Shown: piece after piece, positions 11,290 to 25,100 of the stretch
Layout of the letters: every line of letters begins with the position of its first letter
Numbering within the stretch: position 1 is the first letter of the stretch
Source of the DNA: Amphiscolops sp. MND2022
Taxonomy: Eukaryota
NCBI GenBank assembly: GCA_964187785.1
Contig: OZ076413.1
Span: 46,502,001-46,566,000, forward strand
Length of the DNA stretch: 64,000 nt
Reading direction: 5' to 3'
Notes under the pieces: model-generated
Seen by the model: the letters and a program-made list of their open reading frames with translations, nothing else
What the model was told of the DNA's origin: nothing
Databases searched by the model: none
Made by a program: the position numbers and the translations under genes

Positions 11290-14200
11290 GTGGTCGATGA
11301 GACAGTTGCTGGTACAGTGGATGTGGTTTAACCTTTTGGGTTGGAGGCCCAAGTTACCCAAAGTTTGCGTGGTTTTGGTGAGATTGACAATGACCGTGGC
11401 TCTGACAATTCCATTTCTGGCATAAGTGAAGATAGCGTGTCCGAGAGTGCTGTCAGCGATGAAGAAGATGATGATGGTGGTTCTGTGCATTCATCGTCCA
11501 GTGATGCTCGCCACGATTTAGATTATCTACTTCATGTAGAGGGTAAGTTGCTTAGCGAATTGTTAGTGGCCAGCTAACATTTCATGCTAGTATGCAGACG
11601 CGTCATTTCATCCACCTTGTCTGTGTTTTTCCGGGTTGTCCGAATATTTTCGAGATGAGGATTTTGTCACGGGGTTTCCCGGTTGGAGTTTCAACTGCAG
11701 TGCAACGTGCTCGTCGTATGGTGACCTTTCTTGATGGCAGTCCTTCAAAACGAGGTCGCTGGTCCAGTTCTGGGACTCGTGCTGAAAATATCACTGACGT
11801 GTCGGCGTTCCCCGATTTAGAGTCTGGAGGTGGGTAATTCTTTACCTCTGTTGTCACATGTAGATTTTGTGGGTCATTCTTTGCATTCTGTTGATTTCTG
11901 TCAATCCTTCACCATCTCCTGAACATGCATCTGCGGGGTTTCATTCGACAGACTCTGAGTGTGATCGGATTCCGCAATTGAATTGACAGGTGGTGCAGTG
12001 TCCAGTGAGGAGCCTGGGCCTGGTGATCAGCCCAAGCGTGAGCGGACCCAGCATTTCCCGTGTTGCAGAAGGTCTGGAGCGGTCCGTCATTTACAATGAG
12101 TGAGCGAAACGTAACTATCATTTTGCTTCTGATTTATTATTGCTTGTTGCTTGGTCTTTTGGTCATTGTTGATGGTGGTTGTATGCGTTAGGGTTAGGTG
12201 AGCTATGTTCACATGTATGCTTCTTTTCAGCGGGACTAAAGGATGTGCTGCAAGGGGCAGTGAGTATGTCGGCGTCGCAGGTTTTGGCTTTCGGCCAAAC
12301 AGCTGTTCGTTTGGAGCGGACCCACATTCGAGTTGAAGAACGTTCGTTGTCCCACTGTGAGTTTTATGTTTTTATAGCTCATTTCTGTTGTCAGTTATTG
12401 TCATCTCTCTGGGTTAACGTATTGTCTGTGTCGGTATCAGTTGGGTGGAGGGTTAGTTTCAATGTAGATTGGTCGGTATTGATTGTGTTTGCGTGATTGT
12501 AGGGTTGGATCAAATCATGCGTCTTCTCAAGCAGAAAGGCATTCAGCTCCATCAGGCCCAGGTACATTTGGACGCGGAAGAGGAGACCAAAGCCAAGTTG
12601 TTTGACAAATACGAAAGGAGGAAGAAGAGACAAAGTGAGCGTCATGTTCTCCGCAAGGAAATGACGACGCATGCTAATCCGCGTCTCTTCGTGAGCCAAA
12701 GAACGGACAAGATTCCAAACGGGTTCATTTGTGCTATTTGCCGCAAGGATATATCGTTTCTGTGGCGCGGGGAGCTTGAGATTCGGAGACATTTCCGTTG
12801 CAAGGCCCATTTCGTAAAAGACCGACGTCGTCGGCTTGACCATGAGGAGTTTATATATACCACTGGGTTCGATGAGATTGCTGCTGCCACGATTTCTTTC
12901 TCCTGAGTTGCGTGCTGAGATCGAACACACGCCCTCCGTTGTTCTGGGACAGAAAAATGCATTCGTGGAGGTTGAGGTGGACGCTATTGTGGTTGTGGTA
13001 TGGAATGTTGTTTCTTCAACCCTAGTTGGGGATTTGTTTGAGCTGTTGCGGAGTGGCGGGTCGCACAGTTTCCTCAGGCGTTTATGGAGCCAATGATGAC
13101 GACGATTCCTGTGGAGACTAGTTATGCGCAGGCCACTTGGGGTAAAACTGAGTCGTTCGTAATTTTGAGCCAGACATTGTATCCCCGTATCCTGCGCTGA
13201 ATGCAAGTAGGCTGTAATCAAGCTGATTTCAGCGTAACCTTTCGTGGGCAGGACATTGGGTTGCAGTGTTTTGTTCACTTCTTTGCCAGTGATGTTATTC
13301 GCGAGATCTGTGTGCTGAGGGAAGAGCCGTCTCCTGGCTTGTGCGATGCTGAGATCAAATGCCTGTCTCGTGTTCTTGCTTTTCTTCCTGCTGGTCAGTT
13401 TCCAGTTGCTATCCGTGGATGTTCTTCCACTATGTTCAATGTCTTTTCGACCTGGTGTAAGGCTGGAGGTCGACCTGTTCAGCTGCCTGTTTTAGAGTAT
13501 ACTCTCGATGTTTTTAAGGAACACCTCCGTGAGGCTGATCTGGTCGGTGCAATAATGTGGGATCGGTTTGCTATCCTGGAATATTTGCTGCTGCGTTTAG
13601 TAAAAGCGGTTTATCAGCCTTGATTGATGTCTCTGCCAATATTTCACTGGTAAATTCGTCAGCGTCAGGTGCCGTTCACCCTTTGTGTGCCGTTATCTCA
13701 GAGTTAATACGTCACTCGAACGATGTGAATTTGTTCTTAAAGGAGACAGGGACTGTTCTCCCTTCGAAGAGCAAAACTCCTCTTGACGTGGGTCAATTGA
13801 TTATCTCTGATACCCTGGCGTTGCCCCGGCTGAGTGACTTGTAGGTTCTCGTTGCATGTTTCCAAACCAATTTTGCGAAGCAGTTTGTTGATTCAGTGAC
13901 TGGCTACACCTGCCGGACTTATGCTGATTTGTGTTAATTTAATTGGAGTTTGCTGGGCTAGGTGAAAAAGCTGAGCAATTTGCCTGAGATTGAAGACTGA
14001 AGTTTGTATATTGGTCAGCCTTTAACTTTATGGGCCAATATCACGTATAATGAGTGTCTTTGTGGTGAGCCCCTTGTGACCGTGGCCTTGACAGCCTGCG
14101 GAGATGCTGCGAGGCGTACTCTCCTCCGTGAGTGTCACGGGTTTCTTGTGGAGTTCCTCAAGGTGCTGAACCAGTCGACTTATGCGGAGTCTGTATTGGC

Positions 14201-15042
14201 GTCGAGTCTGAGCTGTTTTTCACCAGATATGGTGTTGCTGGGTGATGAATCGTACGCTGTAGTTGTTCAAGGATTTGATGACCTGTCTGTTGGAGTGTGG
14301 TCTGTTGACTTCGTATGACTGTGAGGCGGCAAGTAAAGAAATCAAAACGTTGCTTGCGGAGTAGCGTCGACCAAATCGACGTGTTGTTTATTCGATTAAT
14401 AACAGTTTTGCATTCTTGCGTGATTCCGGACTATTGGACTGCTGACTGAACTTGGACAAGGTGGTGCAGATGGCTGCGATGGCTATGGTCCCTCGCTATA
14501 TCAGTTACCCTGTTGTTGATATGTTGTTGAGTGGTACGAAGGTGCCTAAGAAGATTTTGTTGTCCTCAATATTTGCGTGCCAGTCGTATGTTTGTTTCTG
14601 GAAAATCGTTGACCAAAGATTGTCTGGAAGAGTTGACAAATGGGAAGAATTTCATTGAGGACGCTTCATTTTCGCAATGAGGACCACCGTATGCGCATGT
14701 ACGTTGTGACGTTTTTCGCGGATTGCCAGATGCCTTCGACTCATATTATCTCAATCAGGTGGCCGGATGGCGACGACGTGCTGGATTGGGATTGTATGCT
14801 GCAACTGCGTCTCCTGATAAACTGCAAAGACTGTTCCCGTGGAGAGTGGCGAGAGTTCGCCCCCTGCCGTGCCTCCTCCAAATGAGATAGGTGTGACCAA
14901 GTCAGCTGATCAACCGAGTGGGTCCAATAGTGTCGCTGAGCTCATAAAGTTAAAGAAAGGTCTCCAGCTTGGTGTTACACGCGGATCTTCGTCTAGCAGA
15001 GGAACTTCCGACGGGTCAAGAAAACGTGGGTCTCAGCTCTGA
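11290..15042 (+). pseudogene. Spliced antisense cargo gene: BED-like zinc finger, hAT-transposase-like protein (decayed)
   Basis: Chain of plus-strand ORF fragments; CAICRKDISFLWRGELEIRRHFRCKAH zinc finger; GT-AG introns 11543-11597, 12100-12230, 12357-12502 (the last two give in-frame phase-1 joins). Confidence 0.7.
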
Positions 15043-15419
15043 ACACCCTGTTTCAAACTGCTGTAAACTGTAGATTTGTTTGTAGTCTCAATTTGTACTG
15101 CTTTCTTGTGCTTTTGCTGTATTTCCTGTTATTTCTGGCCCAAAGGGTCTATTTGTAGTCCAATTTACTAATAGAGAAAAAGGCGAAACAAATTGAATCG
15201 CTTTCGCTTGAAAAGAAGCTTGATGGAAAACCCCGGCGAGTAGAAAAGATCACGGAGCTTCTTTGAATTCAATTCTGCTCTGCAGTCTGTTTTCCCTTGA
15301 GTTCGTAGTTGAGTAGTAGTGAAATTGAGTCTATTGTAAGATGTAAATTAGTGAAAAAACATTTATTTGTCTAAACTGGTAGTCACTGGGTTGTAGTAAG
15401 CAAAATCGCTTTTCCTGTT

Positions 15420-17063
15420 TGAAGGGGGGTTAATTCGTAGGTTATATTTTCCTGACTCCGGAGGAGTTAGGTTCTGGGCCCGGGTTGGTTTCTGATCGGG
15501 ATTCCTGAGTTTCCAGCTCTACAGTGTGCTTGTCGGGTAGAATACCTGGGACGGCGTCCTGGGCTTCGCATTCTGAGTTTTTTTCGTTGTCCATCGGGAT
15601 TAGTTTGGGTTCGCTGTTTACATTGTGATTGGGTGGCATCACAAAGTGTTCGAACCCTGACTGCCATGCCAGTGCTTACAAATCGTCGTGTAGGATTTCA
15701 ACCTCAATATCGGGTTCGAAGTCTTTCGTTTGGGTTTGCATATCCGGCAGACGATCATTGGTTGGACAAGGTTTCAGTCGTATTCTGTGTAGGATTTGTG
15801 TTTTGTTCGTTTGCACTTTGCGGATTAGGTAGTTATTGTTTGGGAGGGTCTTCACTGCTACGAGTGGTCCTGTCCAAAAAAACTTACAAGAAGGTAAGTT
15901 AGATCCTTGGTTGCTGGCCTGGGGGTGTAGGTCGTAGCAGTAGTCGTTCGCTGCTAGGGATTGAGCGGAGGCTTTCTTGTCATGGTACTGTTTGTACCGT
16001 ATGTACGAGTGTAAAAGATGTTTGCTCACTGAGTGTGTATCAGTCGGGTCTTTCGGACGACTTCTTCTTCTACGTCTGTTGTCGGGTCTTTGATTTGGCT
16101 CTGTTTGAGGCCGAATTTTAGATCAAGTACGTTATATGAAACTCTGCCATGGATCACCCTGCTGGGTTTGTGGTACCTTGCGTTATAGTTGAGTGTGGCT
16201 GTTGGTACGAAATGATGCCACATTGTTCTTCGTTCTCCTGTTGAGATTTTCAATGCTTCTTTCAATGATGCAAGGCAGCGTTCTAGGATGCCTATCGTTT
16301 GTGCATGTTTCGTCGTGGCGTGACGTAATTGGATGCCCAGTACTCGGATTGTGTCTGCTATTACTTCGGTCATGAACTGGGTTCCTTTGTCAGTTATGAT
16401 TGTCGTGGGCAAGTACGCGTAGCGGGTCATGATATCAACTAGTGCACTTGCGATTGCCTTTACATCTACTCTGGTGACGCAGTAAGTAAACAAGTAATGT
16501 GAGAACATGTCCATGGCTGTGACTATGGCTGTGTATCCGTTTGATAGTTCATCGAACGGCACGATATCCATTTCTAGGGCGTCCTCTGGCCCCATGGCTA
16601 CTTTGGATGTGTTGATCATCGGCAGGGTGAGAAGTCGATTGTCTGTTCGTTTCGTTTGCATGTATTTCTTGCATTGATTGATGTGTCTGGCTCTTCTGGC
16701 CGCGAGACTTGGGTAGTAATACTTTTCATTGCCTTATTGTAAAACTTTGGTCATCTCGGGGTGTTTATTGTGCATCCCGTGGTGGCCTTCGATGAACGAG
16801 TTAACTAGGTGTTCTGGGAGTAGTACCTGAAGGCATTTGACAGTTCCGGTTTCGCTGTTATACTGCCGGTATAGCAGTCCGTCTTTGAGTATGAGTCTGG
16901 AATCTTGGGCTATGTATTTGAAGGCCCTTTGATCTGTGGCCATGAGGTGCTCGTCGTATGGTTCTTTGAGTAGACGCAGTTTGTAGTTTCGCAGGAGTTT
17001 GATTTGATCTTGTTGATGTCTCATATTTCGGGATAGGGGTTTTGTCATTGTTTCTATTTTCAT
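15420..17063 (-). pseudogene. Integrase (HH zinc region, DDE core, GPY/F-like C-terminus)
   Basis: LILKDGLLYRQY..HHGMHNKHP; LEMDIVP..DMFSHYLF..IITDKGTQF..QTIGILER; WTGPLV. Confidence 0.92.
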
Positions 17064-17134
17064 CTTTGCGTTTCAATGTTTCCGTTTGAAAAATGATTTT
17101 GGCGGTTTCAGATGGGGTTTCATTGTCATTTGAT

Positions 17135-17785
17135 TCATCTTCTGGCGTTAGTGTTGCGTCGTTTCCGAGAATCTTTTCCTGGCCCTTTGCTTTTTCTTCC
17201 GTATCTGCTCCTCCGTTTCAATGTCATCATCAGGAAGGAAATAGAATTGTTGCTCTTCAGCGACGTTGTATGATTGTATGTGCACCTCGATTGGGACAGT
17301 TTGGATGTCCTCTCGTAACAGAAGTTACACTTTTTCTTCAGGGTCCAGATCAAGTCTGAAGAGGAAGTCTGCGCTGTATTCATGTGTACTGAGACGTGTG
17401 CGATTGTAAAGTTGAATTGCAGCACGAAGTCACATGCATTCCATAATGGTGGTGGGATGATCTGTGTTTTAAAGAATCTCGTATCTCGTCACAGACTTGT
17501 TGGTTGTCTGTCAGGACAATGACCGGTTTTGTCGATCTCCATTGGATGTGACTGTATTCCATGAAGGCAAACTATTTTGCCGGGAATTCTTCGGCATAGA
17601 TAGACATTTTTATCTGAGAATGTTTTCGAGCCGAAAGCTACTGGTTGTACGTCTTTTTGGCTGATGTGAGTTTCTCCTCTGTGTTTCCTTCGATCATAAG
17701 GGCTTAGCCGGCATTTTTGAAGTTGGCGTCTGACATAAGCACGTATTGCTTGTTGGGGAGCGGTTGTTTCAGCCATAGTCCACAC
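17135..17785 (-). pseudogene. RNase H domain of pol
   Basis: LMSDANF.NAG, PVAFGSKTFS, KPVIVLTDN, LQFNFTIAHV fragments across frameshifts. Confidence 0.85.
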
Positions 17786-19113
17786 GCGTTGTCCAATGCT
17801 TTATTGATGCCGTTGAAGGTGTTGATGTTATCGTTGTCGACTTTGATCGGCTTGTCGGCTTTGACAAGGTTATGGAATGGAGCGATTTTCTCGGAGAGTC
17901 GGTGTATGTAATTACGGTAGCAGTTTACGAATCCAATGTACATCTGTAGACCTTTATTGAATTTTGGAAACGACAGTTTTTGGATGTAGTATTCGATCTT
18001 ATGAGACTGGGGGGCAATGCCTTCGGGTGAGACTGTTCTTCCAAGGAATTCGACTTCTTCGGCACCGAATTGGCATTTTGCCAGTGTGAGACGCAGACCT
18101 TCTTCTCTGATGCACTGGAAGACCTCGCGCAGGTTGATCTTCAGCTCCTCGGCAGTGTGTGTGGCTATCCCTATGTCATCGACATACTGAGCGCATTTGT
18201 CAGCTATTATGACGCGATCGAGATATTCCCTCATGAAGCTCGAGAAGGAGCAGAGAAATCTGCTGAGCCCTTGTGCGAGTCGCAGGTATGCAAATGTCCG
18301 ACTGGCGAAATTGAACGCCAGGAGTTCGACTGATTTCTGGTCTGCCATTTACAGTACGTGGTACGCTTGAGAGCAATCAAGCTTGCAAAACAGTTTCTTT
18401 CCGGCAAAATGTTGTGCCGCGTCGGAGGGGGTGCTTACTGGGTGGTTGTTGTTTATGTAGTCGTCGGAGATGAGATTGTTTATCTTTCTCAAATCGACGA
18501 GCAGACAAAAGCGTCGGGTTGGGTTTCCTTTGAGCGAACATCGGGCTGGCGTATTTACTGAAAGGAAGTGTTGTTTTGATGCCGTAATAGTGCATCAGTG
18601 TCAGTTCTACGGTCAAATCATCTTTCAGGTTGACAGGGCATGGTAGGCTCTGTGTGTACGCAGGTTGTTCCAATTTAGGGTGATTTTTATTTTAAATTCA
18701 TTGTTGATACAGATGTTAAGGCGGTGCCTTGCGAAAATGTCGTTTTATTCGACAAGAATTTCTTCGATATCGGCTCTGTCGTAGTCGTTTAATTGCGAAT
18801 CCGTCCATTTGAAGTTGGCCAGGAAGGTTGCTCTTTCTTCGGGGCTGTTGTGTGGGTTAACATTTTGGATTGTTTCCAGTTCTTCGATTTCTCGGAGACT
18901 TCTGCTTCGGATTGGAGTGTGAGTTGATGGGTCTCCCGGGTTATCCGGTGTGGGGAACCAGCAGCTTTGGACAGTCTGTTGTTTTTCGGAGGACTTCAGG
19001 AGTTCATTGACGTATTCTAATGCCTGTTCTGTGTTGTCATCTGCTAGCACTTTGAGGGCTGCTGAGTTAAGTGGGTGAAGTTGTTTGGCTTCTTGGGGCG
19101 ACAGAATAGTCAA
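17704..19113 (-). pseudogene. Reverse transcriptase
   Basis: FSKYASPMFAQRKPN; LAFNFASRTFAYLRLAQGLS; QYVDDI; KCQFGAEEVEFLG. Confidence 0.95.
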
Positions 19114-19533
19114 ATCTGCGACAGTGCGTTCTTTTTGAAGGTGAGTGGGCTCGGAGATGTGTTGGTGACTCGTACTTCAATTTTTGAGATCATGGCTGTT
19201 GATAATGAGCTGACAACCACTAGCTGGTTTTCACTTGGGTATGGTTCGATAGGATGGATAATTCCTGTGGTGTTTGTCAGGGTACGCAGGTTGATGCCTG
19301 CTTCAATTCTTTAAACACTGGTCCGGCATTTTCGTGAGCTGGTTTCTGATGGTCACCTTGTGGTGTCTTGATAAGGTTTCGTTGGCGTCCGCTGTGATTG
19401 CGTAGGTCAGGTGTGGAAAGTGTAGAATGACTGACGTCTAAGATCGCACTGTTGTTTTTGAGGAAAGTTAGAACGAGTATGGGTCATGTCACTTTTGTTG
19501 CTACGATGAACGTCTCTTTGAACGTCCAGGCTC

Positions 19534-19821
19534 CTATCTCAAAGTGGAGTTGGACAGTGTTTGTGGGTTAGCGACTTGTAGTTTAAATGTTGGTGGGTCC
19601 ATCTCCTTGAGTATGTTGTCTGGGCTGATCGATTTAATTTTTTGGAATTCGCTTTCCGGGAGGCAGTTACCGAGTGCCCCCGAGTCAATGAGTGCATCTA
19701 TCGATAGGTTATTGAAGTCCATTGAGGCGAAGAACATTTTTTTTGTTTTCAGATTGATGGCTGAGAATATCGGTATGCACTTTTCACTTGTGTCTGGGTT
19801 TGTAATGGCAATTTCGTTCAA
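19534..19821 (-). pseudogene. Retroviral-type aspartic protease
   Basis: DALIDSGALGNCL motif, followed by LQVAN. Confidence 0.9.
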
Positions 19822-20672
19822 TTGTTGATTGTTGTGTAGCCAATCGGCCTATTGGTCCTGGCTGAGTAGCTGATTGGGACGGATTTGGTTTTCGATGGAC
19901 GGCTTGTCTTGTGTGTGACTGGGTTTTGCCAATTTGTCGAAATCACATGTTAGTGTTCGTTTGATGCGTCGGGTGCGAAGCTTTGCTGTGGGTTTATCAG
20001 CGTCCTTGTGGTCCCCGGCTTTTTCGTTGTTGCCTGGGGCTTCGTTGGTGGAGTATTTTTGTTCGGGGCTCTCTGGACTAGACGGGACGACGTCATATGG
20101 CTGCCCGAATGTCGTAGGTGGTGGCTGGGATTCAGTCAGAATTAAAGTGTTCCTGTGTTTGAGAATCGGCTTGAGAGATGCCGCTGGTGGTGTCACGATC
20201 ACTGTGAGTTCGGTGTCGTGTTCTTCTTCCGCCTGCGGTACGGGAGCATGGGTTATGGCGTCTTTTCGTTTTGGGGTTGTTGAAATATCCATGTTTGTTT
20301 GGATATGAATTCGTGAAACGGCACAGTGATAGAATGTTTGAGGACAAGTGTTTCGGTATCGTATAACGTTGAGTTGTAGTAATGGTCACATTCGAAGTCG
20401 GGGTCGTATATGTAAGTCTCGGGAACTGTGCTAGGAATTAGGGGTCGGCGGGTAGGGTTTTGGATGTACCAGTCAAGGTAAGGGAAATTGTCGAGGATGT
20501 TTTTGTTGAGTTTTATGAGTCGTCGGATGAGCCATCGTCGCTGCCAGTTGATCGATGGTTCTCCTGAGCACTCCATAAACTTTTTTTATCGAAGTCCTTC
20601 GGGGGTTCAGATGTTGTGTAGTATCTGAAATTGGTGTAATCCCCGAATCGAAGACGTGGCTTTAGAAGTTTT

Positions 20673-22062
20673 TTAGTTGGGTATTGTGCGGTGCCATGGT
20701 TTGTGGCTGCTGGGTAATCTGTGGTTGCTGAGGGTTTCTTTCAGGGTTTGTTGTGGAAGGGCGATGTTGTTGGACCCTGTCGCCTTAGGTGTTTTCCACC
20801 ATGTTGGGCGGTTTGCCCCGTTCGCTCCAGAGTAGCAGTCTTTGGTTTCGTGGCTGATCTCGCCACATGTTTCACATGGGTTTGTTATGTTCGTGTTGTG
20901 GGGTAACTGGGTTCTTTTATCTCTATTGGTTTTCCGACAGTTACAGAGGAGATGGCCTGGATGGCAACAGCCGAAACATGGTCTTGTGACTTTTGGTACT
21001 CTCTGCTGGTTTGTGTTAGCCGCAGGTTCCACATTATGTTTGCCTGTGAACGGTGTGAACTCTGGATTAGCCAATCCGTTTATTTCCATTCCTCGTTCCA
21101 GGTGTTGCACCATTGTTTCATATGAGGCAGTTTAAATGCGCGCTTGATTAGGTACTCGTTTTGGATGGACTGGCGTTTTTGAATAGAAAGAGGTCTCTAT
21201 GAATTTGGGTGCGTCATCTGCATATGCCTCTTGTGCTAGTTTCTGGTACATTTCTAGGAAGTCTTGGAAAGTTTGACTTGTTGGGTCAAAGGTGAGGTTC
21301 TCCCACTTACATCGGGCAGTAGCCACTGATTGTGTTTTCACGTATCACCGGCGGAAGCCTGTAAATATGTCGTTTAGGTTGGATTTTGTGGCTCTCGTTA
21401 CGGATTTCTGTAAGGCGTCTCCTCACAAGAGGGAGTGAAAGTAGTGTATTTTCTCCTGTTCTGGTATATGGGGATGGACTTTTAAACTTGTCTGGAAAAG
21501 GTCCTCGAAGTTTCAAACTTTTCGTTTTTGCCATCAAAGGTTGGCATGGTGGTTGCTAGTGCCTTCGGTAAACGAGGTACTCCTGTGTTCTGCTTGTTGG
21601 CTGTGTATAGGGATTCCAATAACTTGTCTATTATGTCATCAGAAAACCTCTGGTTTGGAGACGGCAGGCTTGAGGAGCGGGGGTGAGGGTTATTGCTAGG
21701 AGTTGGTTCGATAATGACTCCTATCACCATATTGGGGTTCAGATTACTCGAAAAAGTATTTTCAGACATCTCTAACTGTGTATTTTTGTTATGTCTTGTC
21801 CTAACTACCGAACGCCCTTGTTCGATTGGGGTGCTGGACAAGCTGTCTACTTTGGAAGATAAATTCTCAAGATTTCTCTCTGGTCGAATTCGGCATCTTG
21901 CAGACGCTTCAAGATTTTGTTCTCGATTTCATTTGAGATGTCTTCGAAATCTTGCTCTGACAACTGAAGTTGTTCATCATTAGATAGACTCGCTACTTCT
22001 ACATCTGATAGACTACTTGTAGGCTCACTTCGTATATTACGCTTGTTGGTCTTTTCTGGCAT
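20673..22062 (-). pseudogene. Gag (decayed) with two CCHC knuckles
   Basis: MPTFDGKNEKFE; ARCKWENLTFDP; CFGCCHPGHLLCNC and CETCGEISHETKDC. Confidence 0.9.
21716..21729 (-). promoter_or_regulatory. Candidate PBS (tRNA-Leu-like) inside gag
   Basis: TGGTGATAGGAGT resembles the tRNA-Leu PBS TGGTGTCAGGAGT; an alternative candidate is TACA|TGGAGCG at 22309. Confidence 0.45.
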
Positions 22063-23641
22063 ATTTCAGATGAAAACACGTTCCAGGTAAAAGCTTAATT
22101 TAAGTGAAATTTTTTCAGAATCAGGAAACAATCTAGTTCACCGACTGACGAAATACTGGTCGGAATGACAGCAATACGAATAAAAGGTGAGAATTTATCA
22201 AGGTGGAAAATTCAAAATTGGGTTGAGTTTAACAAATTCAAATTAATTGCTCAATCAAGAAAACTCGCGGTTTGGAAAAAGTATTATGTCCTTTCCTAAT
22301 CTCGCTCCATGTATAAATACTTTACGCTAGACACGCGGAGGAAACTCCGCGCGTGAATTCACACCTCGTTCAACCCGGCGTGCTATCCGAAGCGGGGAAA
22401 TCCAAATATGGTTAACTTCCTTGGTATTCGGCATTCGGCTTCATCTCACTTTTGAATGGAAAAGTGGGAATCCACTTCCTGCCGCTTCCCAATTCCGCGT
22501 CCCTCTCTTCTTCATTTCCTGCCTTTTCAAGACGGCGAAGCTGAAGTTGACACTGAAATTCATGAATCAAGCAACTGAAGCGGGAAAATGAAATGAGATT
22601 TTCCCCGATAGAATGGAGACTTTAAACAAATTATAACAAACTGCACTAAAAAAGGAAATAATTATTTCAACGAGTACAAATTATACTCGTTAAGCACAAA
22701 CAATTAGTACTAGAGCAATTTAACAAATAAACACGTGGCTGAATGCCAGGCTCTACAATCGGTTTGAAAGCACCGGGACTAGTGGTCGGATATTTGCCAT
22801 AAATCATTAATAGTGGGAGAGAGTATTACACGCTTAGACTGACTTCAACATGCCAAATATTTCACTTGAAGGGTAGTTAGGAATAATAAAACAACAGATA
22901 ACCATTGTTACATGACTTGTTATTCATATAAGAATGATTTCTTCAACATAATCAAAACGATTGTCCGGGCTGTCATCCCCGATTGGAGGTTATGGTTAGA
23001 CGTCTTGCCGGGTGGCTCAGATACTGAGGTCAGTACATCAACAAACATACTTCTATACATCATTATTATTGTTCATTCCATTTCTTAGGGCGTTTCCCGG
23101 TAGTTTAAGTTCTTTTGGGCTTCGCATTTATACTATTCTAGCACAAAGCTTCATTTAATTACAATCGCACTTTGGTTGTTTCAACCGGGTGGCCCAGTGC
23201 GCGTCCCAGCTCTAATTGACTGTTGAGTTGGCTGGGACAGCAGCTCAGCTAGCACCATGAATTTGCGCTAAGCGCTGATTGGTTAATTGGTAAAGGAATG
23301 AAAATTGATTTGCTTAGCTCCGTTGTTATTGTGGCAGTATGCTGGCCGATGCGCTGGTTGAATTAATTTCAATCAGTGCGCCGGTCGTTTTACTGTAAAC
23401 AAATCACACTCATTGCATATTAGTATTATTTATTTATTTGCTTACTTTTGTGTTTTAGGTACTGCACTGGGTTAATAATATTACTATCAATGCACTTACA
23501 TGGTTGTTAAGTAGTTTTGAATGTTAGTTTGTTGGTTGTTTTGTGATGTTTTATTTGCCTCTTTCTGGGCAATTTCTCCATTTCTTTCCTCTGGCGTTCT
23601 CTGTGGGTTTAGTATTCCACAGCTCTGTGTGGGCTGTGACA
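21730..23641 (-). repeat. 5' LTR of element 1 (inner boundary 21730 or 22310)
   Basis: Begins TGTCAC at 23641 on minus; homology to the other LTR is visible over 21935-23641. Confidence 0.8.
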
Positions 23642-25100
23642 GTCGCTTTTCACACTAATAAAGACCGGGGAAAATGCATAGCTTGAAGCACTGGTTTTAT
23701 CCAAGACTAGATGCACGTACAACAATATTTCAAGAATTTCACAACTCAGACAAGCAACGAAAGACAAAAAGACTTCAATGATTTAAAACGTGAAAAACAT
23801 GTGACGGGCCTCGAATGCTTTAACTGAAGACAAAAACACTACTACTTGCTCGTCGACCTTTACAAGACCGATTTCAGGTTGGCTGTTCGAACAGGGGTGC
23901 TTATATTTGAAACCTTCCCACGCCGATTTCTAAGTGGTGTAGAGGAAAAATACTCTATTGGGGGGTGTTGGATACATATTCTACCACTTCGATGGACCAC
24001 AAAACCTGAGACGACTAAGCATTGAAACACATCTAAGAAAAAACAAGACGACCAAAAACAAAATCTAGACACTTCAATCAATTCACGAGAAAACAAACCA
24101 AGAATACGCTTGCGAATTAGAGATATCATGGTAAGATCTTGGCAATGCTAGCTAGCGATTTACCATGGTTCTTGGCAAGAGTACCATGTCTTCGATCGCT
24201 GGGATAGATGAATAACAGTTCTTGCTTCAACCATCAATGCTTAGAAGAAAAGAAACAAGGTATTCAGGTCAACTGGAAAATGCCCCAGTTTCAGTTCATA
24301 CAGGAACCCCTGTTTGGTAAGAACGTTTGGTAATAAACTCCTAATGAAATTGTGAATTTCTCAAAAACTGGCGCATTTTCCGAAATACGATAGAGAGAAA
24401 AATTTCTTGGATTTTTGTCTTCTCTACATTCCTATAAATTTTAAAACATTAAAACTAATATGAGACAAGTTTGCGAATAATACCTTTTACATGTAAATCT
24501 TTGGAAAATGAGTTGCATACTCAAAATTAGAAGCGGAAGCGGTCATTATTACTTTTTTTGTATTGTGCAAGGTGTCAATCATTCACTAATTACACGCGAA
24601 AATTTTTGGCAACCTAGAGTGTACATGTAAAAAGATAATCACAAATTTATAAGTCTTAAATCAAAATTCAATGTTAATACATGTACCGGAAAATTTTCAG
24701 TAGAGATTCCCGATTTTCTTCGGACGTGTAAAAACTAAGTGACTCAGAATTTAACAGTGCAATCATTGGACAGCGTCATACCGGTTGATACAAAACTAAT
24801 CAAAATTGTTTGCGAATTAGACAAAAATTAAAAACTTAGTTCGTGAACTAAATATTACAAAGAAAAGCATTGAGAGCTAATTTCCCCAATATTTGTCATA
24901 GAAGTTTCAAACAAATACGAAGGTAAACTAGAAGATTAAATTTCGAGAAAATTTTTAAAAGGCGTTTTTCCTAAATATTATTAGTTTCAAAGATATCGGC
25001 AGAAAAATTAGGTGTTCCAAACACTATGATCAATTAGGGGTTCTATTCTTTTATCACAGAACTGTACGTTAAGCTAATTTGCTATGTATGATAAACATTT

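Larger units (their letters stand above)
8674..23641 (-). mobile_element. Decayed Ty3/Gypsy LTR retrotransposon (element 1)
   Basis: ~1.7-kb direct repeats at both ends; order gag(CCHC)-PR-RT-RH-IN; PPT-like tract; many stops and frameshifts. Confidence 0.93.

Noticed and set aside
12391..13278. 295-aa minus-strand ORF
   Set aside because: Shadow of the plus-strand zinc-finger gene; no motifs
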